Numbered from the stretch's first letter, positions 10,072 through 23,515 are shown. The stretch: DNA of 64,000 nt from an uncultured Planctomycetaceae bacterium (GCA_963833985.1 CAWIAD010000002.1:4032001-4096000), one strand, 5' to 3'. Notes: generated by a model from the sequence alone, not told the origin. A program made the numbers and translations.

Positions 10072-12993
10072 TCACCAGCTCTGCTCCGCGGTCTCGCTGG
10101 ACCAGGAGCCCGAAGCGGAAGCGGCGTCAGGGTTTTCGGCCACCGGCTCCGGGGCCGCCGCCGGGGCGGAGGCCGCGTCGAGGGCTCGCGACGCGGGCGT
10201 CATGGCCTCCGCGGCCAGGGCGCCGGCCGCGCCGATGGCCGCCCCGGCAAGGACCTCAGGCATGGCAATGGCCGGAGCCATGGCGCGCCTCTGATCCGCC
10301 TCGAACTGCATCTGCCGCCACTGGGCCTGCTGCATCGCCACGACGTGCTCCTGACGCGCCTGCTGGACGGCGGCACCCGCGCTGCGAATGGCCTGCTCGT
10401 AATCCTGCGAACGGTATGCCGCCTCGGCCTGGGCAAGCTGGCTCTCGGCCGGCCGCCTGTTCATCATCCCGCCCGTTGCGAAGGAACCGCCCCGCTGGCG
10501 GATCATGCGTGCGGCTTCCTCGATCTCGGCCTCGGCCTGCCGGGCGAGCCGGACGTCCTCGCGGGCCAGGCGTTCGGCCTGCGCAAGGTCGGCCTCGGCA
10601 CCCTTGACCAGTTCCAGCAGCCGGGTCCACTCGGCACCCGTGCTGGTGCTCTCCTGTTCCACCTGCGAGAGTGCGTTCTCGGCGGACTGGTAGCGCTGGT
10701 TGGCCGCCAGCCGATCTTCTTCGTGTCCGGCCAGGAAGGCGCGCACCCTGCTGGCGTCCTGGCGGACGCGATCGAACGTCGAGGCCAGCTCACGGTAGAC
10801 CCGCTGGTCGGTCTCGGCCTGGCTGCGGGCAATGGCGTAATCCTGGAGCACCCGGGAGAGTGCCTGGCGAACTTCGAGCCAGTCGGGGGCGGCCTGGTTC
10901 ATGACTGCCTCCAGCTCGCGCCTGGAGTTTTCCGCCGTGGTGAGCGAGCTTCCCGCAATGGTGCCGATTGCCTGGGCGTTCTGGCTGAAGTAGCGGCTGG
11001 TCGCGTGCGCCTGGTCATCGAGGCTGCGGGCGTCGCTGCGGCACTGCTCCCGGATCGTCTTGAGTGCCGCAAGCTGCTCGGCCACACCGCTGAAAAGCTG
11101 GAAGACTGCCTGCTGCTCCCGGACGAGCTGGCCGGCGAGCCGTGATCCATTGAGATACTCCTGCGCCGCGGAGGCCTGTGCCACCTCATCGGCCTTGCTG
11201 TCGAAGGTTTGCAGCAACGCGCGGGCCTGGGCAAGGTGGCCGGAGACGTTCTGCCAGGAAGAGGGGGCGAAATCGCGTTTCAGCTCGTTCTCGAAGGCCT
11301 GGTACTGTGCCAGCGATTCGCGCAGGCGCTGGGTTTCGCGGACGCGCTCCGGCTGCCCCTGCTCACACAGATCCCGTGCCTTGAGCACGCCCTCGAGGGT
11401 CTCCTGCGACTGCTTCAAAAGGGCCTGGGCGGCCTGCAATCGCTCCAGTGCGGCCGGCGCGTCGCCCTGGTGAATCGCCGAGCGCAGGTCCTCCAGTTCC
11501 TGGTAGGTCTGGCTGATCGGCGGGTCGGGGTTGCCACCCTCCTCATCGAGCCGCAGACCGCTCCTGCGCACCTCCGCCACTTGCTGGCCGAGGGCCGAGA
11601 GCGCCTCGGAAAGCTTGCGGCCGTCGGCGTACCGTTCCAGGATCTGGTGCACGCGATCGCGCAGGGCCACGGCGCGCTCATGGGCCGCCTCGAGCGTCTG
11701 CCGCGCACCGACCGGGTCGGGAGTGAGGACCTCTGCCGCATGGGCCGCCTGCGTGGCGATGGCGTCCGCTTCGGGCGTGTAGGGCGTGCAGGGCAGCCCC
11801 TCCTTCTCCACATCATTGATCCGGCCCTGGACCTCTTGCCGGCGGCTCGCCAGCACCTCGGCCGCGGAACGCGCCTGCGCATGAGCACTGTTCAGCGCGT
11901 CGATGGCGCCGGTGCACCGCTTCGCCTCGGCGTCGATCTGTTCGAAGGCCTTCGAGTCGCTCACCAGTTTTTCGGCCTCCTTGAGCTTCTGAGTTCCCAG
12001 GGCCGAATCCTTCCGGGCCAGCTCCTGGGCCTTGTCCAGCGCGTCCATGACTTCCAGCCAGCGATCCCAGAGCGTGGTGAGGCTGGTCTCGATCTGCTGG
12101 TACATGGCCAGGGTGGCTCCGCTCATCGGCTCCTTGAACTCGGGATTCTCCACGCGCAGGTTCTTGAGCCGGTTCTTGAGGGCGTCGAGCCGATCCATGA
12201 CGTCGACGGCCTTCTGTTTGAAGTCCTTGATCTTCGCTTCCACCGAGCTGCGGGTGCGGTGCCGGGCAAGCCAGATCAGGCCAGCGACGATCAGGCCCAC
12301 CGCCAGCAATGATGCCAGGAGCGCCGGCAGCACCTGGCTTTGCAGGGTGCTCCGGGTGCTGGCGGCCGCAGTGGCCGGGACGCTGCTTCGGGGGGCCGGC
12401 CTGGCTGTCCCGGCGGGAACCAAGGGGAGGCCAGGAGCGGTCGCAGCCGTAGCGGTGCCGGGCCGGGCGACATCCTCCTCGATTGCGCTCAAGAGCGAGG
12501 TGATGGCCTGAGCATAGCTTCCTTGCCGGGCCAGCGGGATGAAGTTCTTGCTGATGAGAGCGTCCAGGACGTCCTTGCCCAGCCCGGCACGTGTGTTCAG
12601 GTCCAACCCGGGGTGCAGGGCCACCTTGTGATCGTTCACGGCCACAACCGTGATCACCGACTGCCGGTAATCGAGCTTGAGTCCCTTGTCGCTCGCTTCG
12701 CGGGACCACCGGGCGGCCAGCTCATCCACGTAGCGGGTTGCCGCGTCCTTCGCGGTGCCGACTCGGTCCACGAGCACCACGAAGTAGGAGCGAGGCGACC
12801 CTCGCTCCAGTCGCTTGATCGTTTCCTCGACGGATTGATACGACCCGGGCACGTCCACGACGTAGACCCGGTCTCCGGTGTACATCGGAAACGGCGCCTT
12901 CTCCTGTGCCGCGGCCTGGCAGGCCCAGCCCGCAAGCAGAGCGAGTTGTACGCACAGGCTCAAGGCGAGGGAGGGACGCGGATGGAATCGCAT
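10072..12993 (-). CDS. TPM-domain membrane protein with a very long cytoplasmic coiled coil
   Basis: Signal peptide from the ATG at 12993, TPM-like domain (YFVVLVD..VITVVAVNDHKVALHPG..FIPLARQGSYAQAI), one TM helix (LLASLLAVGLIVAGLIWL), roughly 650 aa of helical repeats and a C-terminal SGSWSSETAEQSW. Confidence 0.75.
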   Translation of the reverse strand: MRFHPRPSLALSLCVQLALLAGWACQAAAQEKAPFPMYTGDRVYVVDVPGSYQSVEETIKRLERGSPRSYFVVLVDRVGTAKDAATRYVDELAARWSREASDKGLKLDYRQSVITVVAVNDHKVALHPGLDLNTRAGLGKDVLDALISKNFIPLARQGSYAQAITSLLSAIEEDVARPGTATAATAPGLPLVPAGTARPAPRSSVPATAAASTRSTLQSQVLPALLASLLAVGLIVAGLIWLARHRTRSSVEAKIKDFKQKAVDVMDRLDALKNRLKNLRVENPEFKEPMSGATLAMYQQIETSLTTLWDRWLEVMDALDKAQELARKDSALGTQKLKEAEKLVSDSKAFEQIDAEAKRCTGAIDALNSAHAQARSAAEVLASRRQEVQGRINDVEKEGLPCTPYTPEADAIATQAAHAAEVLTPDPVGARQTLEAAHERAVALRDRVHQILERYADGRKLSEALSALGQQVAEVRRSGLRLDEEGGNPDPPISQTYQELEDLRSAIHQGDAPAALERLQAAQALLKQSQETLEGVLKARDLCEQGQPERVRETQRLRESLAQYQAFENELKRDFAPSSWQNVSGHLAQARALLQTFDSKADEVAQASAAQEYLNGSRLAGQLVREQQAVFQLFSGVAEQLAALKTIREQCRSDARSLDDQAHATSRYFSQNAQAIGTIAGSSLTTAENSRRELEAVMNQAAPDWLEVRQALSRVLQDYAIARSQAETDQRVYRELASTFDRVRQDASRVRAFLAGHEEDRLAANQRYQSAENALSQVEQESTSTGAEWTRLLELVKGAEADLAQAERLAREDVRLARQAEAEIEEAARMIRQRGGSFATGGMMNRRPAESQLAQAEAAYRSQDYEQAIRSAGAAVQQARQEHVVAMQQAQWRQMQFEADQRRAMAPAIAMPEVLAGAAIGAAGALAAEAMTPASRALDAASAPAAAPEPVAENPDAASASGSWSSETAEQSW

Positions 12994-13364
12994 GATCTCG
13001 GCTTTCTTTCGCAACTTCAACCGGTGCGGACACCGCCAGTGGTTTCGCCGCTCCATCCCATTTCTTGAGGGGAATGGCATCGAACTCCGGCGCCCGATGA
13101 TAGCTGGGACTCGTTGCTGTTGTCATCGGTCCCGTGGATGCAAAATCGGGGCCCCGTGGTGGCGGCCCAGCCGGGCCGGGAAGCTGGAAACCCTGGCGCC
13201 GCGTCCCGACGCGTGCAGGCTGGGCGGCACTCCGAATGGCTTGATCACGGACAAGGCCCCCAGGAAGGCGGCGATCTCGACGCGATCCTCCAGCGCATGC
13301 AGAAAGGGCACCTCACCCAGCCGTGGAACGTCGAGCCGAGCTTCGAGCTGCGGAGGAATAATCG

Positions 13365-14738
13365 ATGACGCAGTGCGAATGTCCTGCACAAAGGTCGTTT
13401 CTGAACGCTGGGCCCTTGTCGGAGCCGAACACGGTGAATCACTACGGCACGACCATCTGGACGCTCGCGGCGTCGGTCCTGGTGACGGTGTTCGTGGGCG
13501 GTGCGATCTGGCTGGGCTTCAACAAGTTCGCGGTTTTCGGCGTGGCCGGGGCGGTTTTCGGCCTGAGTGCCGTGATCGCAACCCGATCGCGTCCGGGCGA
13601 CCAGACCGGGGAGCTGCGCGACCTTGCCCGGACGCTGGGACTGGCTTTCGAGCCGGGTGAGGCCGAGGGGGAACCGAAGTTCAGCCCCGCGGTCTCCGTG
13701 CTCGGGCGCTGGGTTTCCGCCGCGAACCGCCTGAGCGGCACCTTGGACGGCGTGAGCGGGACGATGATCGACCTCACGACAATCCAGGGAACCGGAGACA
13801 GCGAGACGCGACGCCAATGGACGGCCATCCGGTTCGAGCCTGGCGGATTGCCGGCTTTCGTGTGCGTTCCCAGATCACTGGACACGCTGGCCGAGCGGGT
13901 CACTCTCGCCACGATCCACTTCGACGCCCGCGGCGAGGACGAGCTCACCCGCCAGACCGTCGCCGATTTCCGCAAGTTCTACGTGCTTGGCCTGAGGGAA
14001 ACGGCGGGCGTCGCCGACGAGGAAGCAGCCCGGCGCCTCTTCGTCGCGCCTCGGCTGGAGGTGCTGGTGGAGCACCCCGGCTGGCGCATCGAGTCGGCCC
14101 GTGGATCGCTGGTCCTCGCGCACCCGGGGATCGTGCCGGCTGCTGATCGAGCCAGCCTGTGGAAGCAAGCCGCGCGGATTCGCCGCGCCCTCACGGCACC
14201 GGTCTCCCGATCCGTGAGTCCCATTCCCGCGGCGCCCGGGATGGACATCGGCCGCCAGCGCAGCCGACGCGCCGGGAGTCAAGCCGGTGGTGTGATTGGT
14301 CTGGTGTGCGGGTTCTTCGGCTCCTTCATCGCGTTCGCCGCATTGAGTGCCAGCCGTTTGGGGCCCGCGGGCCACGGTCCGGCCAACCCCTCGCCAGCCG
14401 CGTTCATGCCATGGTTTTTCGTCGTCGTGATCGGTGCGTCGATAACCTGCGTTCTTGTGGGTTCATGGCTCGGCAGGCGCGTGGCGGACCTGCGTTACCG
14501 TCCGGATCACGCCGGCCTCTCCAGGCGTAAGGTCTCCAAGGTCTGGGTTGCCGCCGGAGCATTCCTGGGCTGGATGTTGGGCTTCGTTGCGGGCATGGGG
14601 CTGATGATGCTCATCACACCACAGCGGCTTCCCCCGTGGGTGGCACCTGTCGCGTTCTTCTCACCGCCCGTGATCGGGCTGGTGCTGGGCGGGTTCGCCG
14701 GTGGTGCCTACGGTCTGAAGAGAGCGGCTGGCGCGTGA
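13365..14738 (+). CDS. Hypothetical integral membrane protein
   Basis: 457-aa ORF with two N-terminal and four C-terminal hydrophobic segments around a soluble domain; start uncertain. Confidence 0.6.
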   Translation: MTQCECPAQRSFLNAGPLSEPNTVNHYGTTIWTLAASVLVTVFVGGAIWLGFNKFAVFGVAGAVFGLSAVIATRSRPGDQTGELRDLARTLGLAFEPGEAEGEPKFSPAVSVLGRWVSAANRLSGTLDGVSGTMIDLTTIQGTGDSETRRQWTAIRFEPGGLPAFVCVPRSLDTLAERVTLATIHFDARGEDELTRQTVADFRKFYVLGLRETAGVADEEAARRLFVAPRLEVLVEHPGWRIESARGSLVLAHPGIVPAADRASLWKQAARIRRALTAPVSRSVSPIPAAPGMDIGRQRSRRAGSQAGGVIGLVCGFFGSFIAFAALSASRLGPAGHGPANPSPAAFMPWFFVVVIGASITCVLVGSWLGRRVADLRYRPDHAGLSRRKVSKVWVAAGAFLGWMLGFVAGMGLMMLITPQRLPPWVAPVAFFSPPVIGLVLGGFAGGAYGLKRAAGA

Positions 14739-14771
14739 GCGAGCAACCCGGGAAGGTCCGTATTGGCGGGT

Positions 14772-16870
14772 CTAGTGTGAGATCGGTCTCCCGGCGGCAG
14801 GACGGGCCGCCTGCGAGTCGGGGGATGTCTTGAGGCGCAAGATCGTCAGCGAGTGCGCTGGGAAGCTGTGGCGGAATGACGCCGACACGCCGGCGACCGC
14901 TTCCTGCTTCGGGGCGACCTTGCGCGGCTCGTCGAGCGTATTGACGTCTTTGGGATCGCCGGCGAGAACGAGTGCGGTCCCGGCCGGCTCGACGCGGCCC
15001 GCACCGTGCAGAGTGACGTTCGTGGCTACCGCAGTGCTTCCGGCGTTGACGAACTTGACGATCAGGGTGCGATCGGACCTGTCATAGGTGGCCGTGGCGA
15101 AGACGGTGGAGGGGGTGTCGCTGGCCGGCACCACTTTCGGCACCTCCAGTCTGGTGGGGAGGACGACGTCGCCCTTGTTCTGGGCCAGCATGACCTGGGC
15201 GTGGTAGCTCGGCGAGCCGAAACTGCGCAGGGCGTCATAGCCGATGAGGTTCGTCCCCCATTGCCAGGCCTTCGGGTATTGCCTGGCCGGGTCCGCGGGG
15301 TTCACATTGACAAAGAGAGGCGCGTAGCACTCCATCACCACCGCGTCGGAGTTCTTCTCCAGGCCCATCACGAAGGCGGCGTCGGCCAGAGCGGCGTTGT
15401 GGGTGGGCGTGGGCCGGCCCTCCTGCGTCGCCCACTCGCCGACGAACGTCTGGATCGTTGCGTCGCGCTGCCGCCCGTTCCAGCCTCCGCCCGCGAAGGC
15501 CAGGGCCGGCGCCGCGCCGGTGGGCGGGTCGTACATGGTGGCCATCCGCATGAGCTGACGCGCGTCACGGTAGAAGTGATCGTCGTAGAGGTCGGGCTTG
15601 AAGCTCTTCACCGGCGCGGTCGCGATGATCTTGAGCTGGGGGTAGCGCTCGCGGATCGCCCGGGCCATCTGAGCGAACCGACCGTCGTAGCTACCCGACC
15701 GATCGAACCAGTCCTCGTTGCCAACCTCGACGTAGCGCAGGGGGAAGGGCTCGGGGAACCCGTCCGCCGCCCGCTTCCCGCCCCACACGCTGTCGGCCGG
15801 GCCGCTGACGTACTCGATCTCCTCGAGGGCCTCCATCGTGTACACCGCCATCTCCGGGCTGCCGGCCTTGAAGTGGTCGCCGTTCAGAACGTAGCCGGCG
15901 AAGAGGGCCAGCACCGGCTCGGCTCCAAGCTGCTTGCACCAGAGCAGGTATTCCGGCAGGCCGAAGCCGTCGGAGGATCGGTATCCCCAGCATCCCATGT
16001 GGCCCGGCCTCTGCTCGGCCGGGCCGATCATCTGCTTCCAGTTGAACCGGTCGGCGAACCGGCTGCCTTCCGCGTAGTTGCCGCCAGGCAGTCGGATGAA
16101 CTTCGGCCTCATCTCGGCCAGCAGTCTCATGAGGTCCGGGCGCAGGCCGTTCGGGGTGTCCTGGTAGGTCGGCGGGAACAGCGACACCAGGCTGAAGGAA
16201 ACGCTGCCCGTGCCGCGCGCCGAGACGACGAATCGCGCCTTCGCCGTGGTCGGTGCGCCGTGCGCCGTCCTGAGCGTGACCGTGTACCTGTCCCACGCCG
16301 CGGTGACGGGCGCCGTTTCGCCTTCGGCGACAACGACGTCCCCCTCGTCGGTCCTGAGCGACGCCATCAGCGGGCCGGCGAAACCGCCGCCCCCCCGGGC
16401 GAAAAAGCTCGCGATGTAGGCCGTGTCCGGCCGCACCGGGATGCCCCAGTAACCGTCGTTCGCAACGCCTGACTCCCCCCCGGCGAGGTCGAGCCTGAGG
16501 CTGATTGGCAGGGCGGCGTTCACGGGGTCGGCGGTGTCGACGGTCACCTTGCCGGCGCCCACGATCGACCAGTGGAGCGGCATGGCGCCCTGCGCGGGCC
16601 CGGGCCTCCACCTGGTGGACGCGGGAGCGGGTCCTGGAACGTGCGGTTCTGGATCAGCTCGGCGAACAGGCCGCCGTCATAGCTGTGGTTGATCTCTTCG
16701 GTCATGAGGCCGAAGAAGCCCGCCGGAATGGTCGCGCCAGGCTTGTTGACCTCCACGTCGAGCGTGGCCGGTCCCTCGGCGCGTGCCGCCGTCGCGGCCA
16801 CGCCCGCGCATGCCGCGACGATGGCAATCCACCGGGCCCGGTTCAAACGGGATCCGCCTGCTCCTGGCAT
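14772..16870 (-). CDS. Secreted alpha-L-arabinofuranosidase, GH51; frameshift near 16600
   Basis: ORF 16544..16870 has a signal peptide and FGLMTEEINHSYDGGLFAELIQNRTF. ORF 14772..16583 has IRLPGGN, VEVGNED, FVGEWA, YAPLF and SPSYH. Confidence 0.9.
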
Positions 16871-16954
16871 GAGTCGTACTCCACAGTGGCTGTTCGAGTC
16901 CCGATTGAAAGCCGTATCAATACCGTTTCATTTCCGGGTCCCGGTGGCGGCAGG

Positions 16955-18421
16955 TCAGCCAGACTTTACGCTCGTGACCTTGTGGTCCGGAGTCAGTTGC
17001 CACGGGTCGCGGCGCGGCCTGGAGAGCATCTGGTTGGCCTCCGCGTCGTCGAACCGGTGGGCCACGGGATCCCACTTCAGCTTCTTGCCGGTGCGCAGCG
17101 CGATCACGCCGATGTGGCAAACGAGCACCGAGCCGCCGCCGACCGTGGCATTGCAAATCGGCTGCCTGCGGCTCTTGACGCAATCGACGAAGTTCTGCAT
17201 CTGGTTGGTCGGCCGTCCTTCGTAGACCATCGGGTCGTCCTTGAGCGGCTCCGCGAGGATCCTGGCGTCGCTGGCCAGGAGCGAACCCCGGCTGACGAAG
17301 ATCGTACCGCTTTCTCCCAGGATCAGCACGCCATTATCGTTGGGGCCAATCGTCATTTCCGTGCCATTGCGGCGCTTGGGCGGCTTGCCATCCTTGTCGA
17401 CGAGCTTGCCGGGGCTGGAGCCACCGCCGCTCATGGCGATGACCTTGGCGCCATTGTCGTAGGTGTACTGGACCTGGAAGGTCGGGTGGCAGTTGTAGCC
17501 GTCGCCGCCCTTGTAGGGTGCGGCCGCCTTGAGCACCTCCACCGCGACCGGGCCGCTGCCGTCCTTGTTCAGGGCCCACTGCGCGATGTCCAGATGGTGT
17601 GCGCCCCAGTCGGTCATCTTGCCGCCCGAGTATTCGTACCACCAGCGGAACTCGTAGAAGCAGTTCGAGAACCTGCCCTTGTGGCGATAGGGCACGTGCG
17701 CGGTGGGGCCAAGCCAGAAGTCCCAGTCCAGGCCTTCGGGGACCGGCGCTTCGGGAATCGGGCCGCTCGTCGGGTTGCCGTCGATACGGCATTCGATGGT
17801 CTTGACCTTGCCGATGCGGCCGGCGCGGACGAGCTCAACCGCCAGGCGGAACATGCCGCGGTAATCGGTTCGCTGCTGGCTGCCGGTTTGCAAGATCCGT
17901 CCGGTGTCCTTGACGACTTTCTGAACCGCCAGGGACTCGGCGACGGTGAGCGTGAGCGGCTTCTCGCAGTAAACGTCCTTGCCAGCCCGCAGCGCCTCGA
18001 TGGTCACCTGGGCATGCCAGTGGTCGGGCGTGGCGATGAGCAGGCAATCGAGCGACTTGTTGTTGATGAGTTCGCGGAAGTCCTTGGTGCTGGCCGCGAA
18101 CTCCTTGAAACCTCTCTGGTGCATCGCCTCCGTGGCCCGTTTGCGATGCGCGGCAGCCACGTCGCAGCCGAGGGTGAAGGTCAACTGGCCCGATTTCACC
18201 GGGGGGCGAGATTCACCCACGACCTGCAAGCTGCGGCTCTGGGGGCTGCCAATGCCGACGATGCCCATGGTCAGGCGATCGTTGGCGGACGTCTTCCGGG
18301 CCGCACCCTCCTCCTGTGCGGCCAGGAGCTGACGCGCGTACCAGTCCGGCAGCCCCGCGGCGGTCAGCGCTCCCAGCGAGCGCTGCATGAAACCACGTCT
18401 GGTCAAATTCCCCTTTTCCAC
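16955..18421 (-). CDS. Tat-exported Gfo/Idh/MocA family oxidoreductase
   Basis: Twin-arginine signal TRRGF, then ATPDHWH, YCEKP, QTGSQQR and DWGAHHLD. Confidence 0.9.
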   Translation of the reverse strand: MEKGNLTRRGFMQRSLGALTAAGLPDWYARQLLAAQEEGAARKTSANDRLTMGIVGIGSPQSRSLQVVGESRPPVKSGQLTFTLGCDVAAAHRKRATEAMHQRGFKEFAASTKDFRELINNKSLDCLLIATPDHWHAQVTIEALRAGKDVYCEKPLTLTVAESLAVQKVVKDTGRILQTGSQQRTDYRGMFRLAVELVRAGRIGKVKTIECRIDGNPTSGPIPEAPVPEGLDWDFWLGPTAHVPYRHKGRFSNCFYEFRWWYEYSGGKMTDWGAHHLDIAQWALNKDGSGPVAVEVLKAAAPYKGGDGYNCHPTFQVQYTYDNGAKVIAMSGGGSSPGKLVDKDGKPPKRRNGTEMTIGPNDNGVLILGESGTIFVSRGSLLASDARILAEPLKDDPMVYEGRPTNQMQNFVDCVKSRRQPICNATVGGGSVLVCHIGVIALRTGKKLKWDPVAHRFDDAEANQMLSRPRRDPWQLTPDHKVTSVKSG

Positions 18422-18482
18422 GTATGCACCTCTCTTTACTAGATGGATCTCGGCGGAAGACGTGCTGCACGAAAAACGAGGC

Positions 18483-20630
<2,148 letters not shown>

Positions 20631-20679
20631 TCACATTTGTTTGCTCGCCTTGCGGCCCCCGAGGGTTCACCGCGACGGC

Positions 20680-21900
20680 TCACGGCCTGGCCAGAGCACT
20701 CAGTATGGCCCCGAGGGCGGGCTTGGGCTGGAGTGCCCGGTCCCAGAGCAGCGCGTGATTGGTACGGTTCGGCACCGGAAAGGAGTTCAGCCAGGACAAC
20801 CCGTCATGCACGCCCCAGAAGGTGATGCGCGTCACGGTTCCCGGATGCTCCAGGGCAATCTGGAAGATCCTGCGGTAGAAGCGGGCCTGGGCCTCGGCCA
20901 CTTCCGGCGGGAGGACGCGCGGATAGGGATTAGCGCCGGCCGCCTCTCGGGCGGCGATGTCCGCGCCGCGTCCGCGCCGCGGCAGGACGTCCACGTCCAG
21001 TTCGGTGATCACGACCTTGACACCTTGGGCAGCATAGGCTTCGATCGACTGCTCGAGCCGATCGAGTGCGCTGGCATCCTCGAGCCGCAGGTGGCATTGC
21101 ATCCCGACCGCGTCGAGGCGCACGCCCGCGGCCTTGAGCTCGCGGATGAGGCGGATCGTCTTCTCACGCTTCACGGGTTGCTCATTATTGTAGTCGTTGT
21201 AATACAGCTCGGCGTTGGGGTCGGCCGCATGGGCGAACTCGAACGCCTTGATGATGAAGTCGTCGCCGATCGCCCGCCGCGCCGGCGTGTCGCGCAGGTA
21301 TTGCTCTGGCGCGTCGCTGATCGCTTCGTTGACCACATCCCAGCCGATCACTTTCCCCTTGAAGTGGCCCACGACAGCGTCGATGTGTCCCTTGAGGTTC
21401 CGCAACGCCTCCTCGCGCGGCAGCGGCTTGCCGTCGGTACCCCGGTATAACCAGCCAGGCGACTGGCTGTGCCAGCAGAGGGTGTGCCCGACCACCTTCA
21501 TCTGGTGCTGCCGGGCGAACTCGACGATCCTGTCCGCCCCGGCGAAGTTGAACCTGTCCGGCTGCGGGTGGATGCTCGCGGGCTTGAACTCGTTCTCACC
21601 GGTGAGGCAGTCGAACTGCTGCGCGATCAGCGCCCCCAGCTTCGGGTCTTCGAGCCGCCGGGACATGACGGCGGTTCCGATCAGGAATCGGCCATCCGCC
21701 GCATGTCGCAGCGTCTCGCCCGGAGCCGCGCTCGTGGGCGGTTGACTTGCCACGCTCGGCGCTGCGCCGGCCGGTGCCTGCGGAGGCGCCTTGGTCTGGG
21801 CGAGCACTTCGGACCAGCCACCCGGTAACGCGAAGGCCGAGAAAAGCGCAAACGTCGAGAACGCCAACCAACGAGAGCGTGAGCGGTTCACGGCTGTCAC
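20680..21900 (-). CDS. Secreted endo-1,4-beta-xylanase, GH10
   Basis: ENEFK, GHTLCWHSQ, WDVVNE, YYNDYN, ITELDV and TFWG motifs; signal peptide. Confidence 0.93.
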   Translation of the reverse strand: MTAVNRSRSRWLAFSTFALFSAFALPGGWSEVLAQTKAPPQAPAGAAPSVASQPPTSAAPGETLRHAADGRFLIGTAVMSRRLEDPKLGALIAQQFDCLTGENEFKPASIHPQPDRFNFAGADRIVEFARQHQMKVVGHTLCWHSQSPGWLYRGTDGKPLPREEALRNLKGHIDAVVGHFKGKVIGWDVVNEAISDAPEQYLRDTPARRAIGDDFIIKAFEFAHAADPNAELYYNDYNNEQPVKREKTIRLIRELKAAGVRLDAVGMQCHLRLEDASALDRLEQSIEAYAAQGVKVVITELDVDVLPRRGRGADIAAREAAGANPYPRVLPPEVAEAQARFYRRIFQIALEHPGTVTRITFWGVHDGLSWLNSFPVPNRTNHALLWDRALQPKPALGAILSALARP

Positions 21901-22311
21901 CTCGCCTGCACTGAGACTTGATGGTCAGAGGATCGAAACATGTCCGGATCGGTAGCCGTCGCGTCGCACTCGCGAATGACTTCCAGGGACTTCCGCCCCG
22001 CACCTGAGGGACTGTCCACGGATCGTCTCGGCTATGCCTAGCCTTACTTGCGACAAATCGGCCGGAGCTGGCCCGAGTAACCCGCCGGCAGAGTTCGCGA
22101 CTCTCTCCAGGCCTGGGGTGATCAAGGGCGCCGGCCGGCGGCTTGCCGACCGCTGCCGCCTGCCTGGCACTGGAATGGCATCGGGCGGCGTGCAGGCCGC
22201 GGCTCCCGGCGCATCACCCGAATGGGTGCCGATCTGAGCGACGGAATGTGTGCTGGGACTGCGATCGGGCATCGTGAATCCGTGCTCCGTCGGCATCGCA
22301 CTGGAAGGGTC

Positions 22312-22327
22312 AGGTAATCGCTTACCT
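22312..22327. promoter_or_regulatory. Putative LacI-family operator 1 (AGGTAATCGCTTACCT)
   Basis: Perfect 6-bp arms around a CG-centred core (AA-N-CG-N-TT), in the divergent GH10/lacI intergenic region. Confidence 0.65.
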
Positions 22328-22398
22328 CACGTAGTTTAGCTTGACCCTACCCGGAGTCAACGACATAATGCCGGAAGTTTTGTGCCCATCGGTGAGAG

Positions 22399-22410
22399 GC
22401 AATCGTTTGC
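22399..22410. promoter_or_regulatory. Putative LacI-family operator 2 (GCAATCGTTTGC)
   Basis: Same AA-T-CG-N-TT core with palindromic arms, 22 nt upstream of the lacI-type start. Confidence 0.5.
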
Positions 22411-22432
22411 GTAAGCGGCAGGATGGCGCTCA

Positions 22433-23515
22433 ATGACTGCCCCGCGTCGCAGAGCAGGGGACCCCGTGCGAAGCCCACCCACCCTCTCCGACGTCGCCAA
22501 GCTGTGCGGGGTGACCCCCGCGACGGTGAGCCGCGTCCTGAACAAGAAGAAGGCGTTCTCCGCGAGCCCGGCGGTGCGGCGAAAGATTCACGACGCGGCC
22601 GAGAAGCTCGGTTACATGCCGGACCTGGCGGCGCGGAGCCTGAACCGGCGGACGACGCGGATCATCGGCCTCTTCGCCTCCCCCGCGACCCCCGTCGCCG
22701 AGGGGGTTTACGTGCAGCTCATCGAGGGTGCGCTGGAGGTACTGCACGCGAGCGATTACGACGTCTTCTTCGACCTCAGCGCCAGCCGGAAGCACACCGT
22801 GCCGTTCTGGCGGTTCGATGGGGCCTTGCTGCTCCAGAGCCCCCGGCCGGGGATGGTCGCGGAGCTGGACCGCAGGCGCGTACCCTACGTATGCGTGAAC
22901 GAGAAGGTGGGCGAGCCGGTGGTGCAGGTGCTGGCGGACGACGCGCTGGGGACCCGCCGGGCTGTCGAGCTGCTGGCCCACCTGGGGCATCGCCGCATCG
23001 CCTACGCCAACGCGCAGGCGACGCACCTGGCCCACTACTCGATCGGCGAGCGCCATGAGACCCTGGCAAGCGTCGCCGAGGAGATCGGCATGGAGCTCGT
23101 CGGCGGGCACGAACAGCCCTTCGCCGACGGTATCGGGTTCCTGCGCGATGCCGTGCTCGGCCAGCGCGCAACGGCCGTGATCGCCTACGACCACGAGATC
23201 GCGGTGCGGCTCGTCGGCGCGTCCGCGGCGCTCGAGCTGGGGATCCCGCAGGACTTCAGCCTGATCGGCTTCAACGATGTCTTCCCGGTCTCCCTGCTGC
23301 CGACACCCCTCACGGTCGTGAGCGTGCCGGGCCGGGAGATGGGCCGGCTCAGCGCCTCGCAATTGCTCAGCAGCCTGGCGGCGCACCAGCCGGCAGCCAC
23401 AAGAGAGATTCGCGTGCCGGAAGACCTGGTCACGCGCCGTTCCACGGCCCCTCCACCGCCCGAGCTGGTTCGTCGCGGCAGAAAGAAAGCCTCCGGGCTG
23501 GAGCCGGCGCAATAG
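22433..23515 (+). CDS. LacI-family transcriptional regulator
   Basis: HTH TLSDVAKLCGVTPATVSRVLN, hinge YMPDLAARSL and sugar-binding domain (IPQDFSLIGFND, PLTVV). Confidence 0.95.
   Translation: MTAPRRRAGDPVRSPPTLSDVAKLCGVTPATVSRVLNKKKAFSASPAVRRKIHDAAEKLGYMPDLAARSLNRRTTRIIGLFASPATPVAEGVYVQLIEGALEVLHASDYDVFFDLSASRKHTVPFWRFDGALLLQSPRPGMVAELDRRRVPYVCVNEKVGEPVVQVLADDALGTRRAVELLAHLGHRRIAYANAQATHLAHYSIGERHETLASVAEEIGMELVGGHEQPFADGIGFLRDAVLGQRATAVIAYDHEIAVRLVGASAALELGIPQDFSLIGFNDVFPVSLLPTPLTVVSVPGREMGRLSASQLLSSLAAHQPAATREIRVPEDLVTRRSTAPPPPELVRRGRKKASGLEPAQ

Noticed and set aside
13114..13368. Small ORF overlapping the start of the membrane protein gene
   Set aside because: No motif, no clear RBS, and competing ORFs on both strands.
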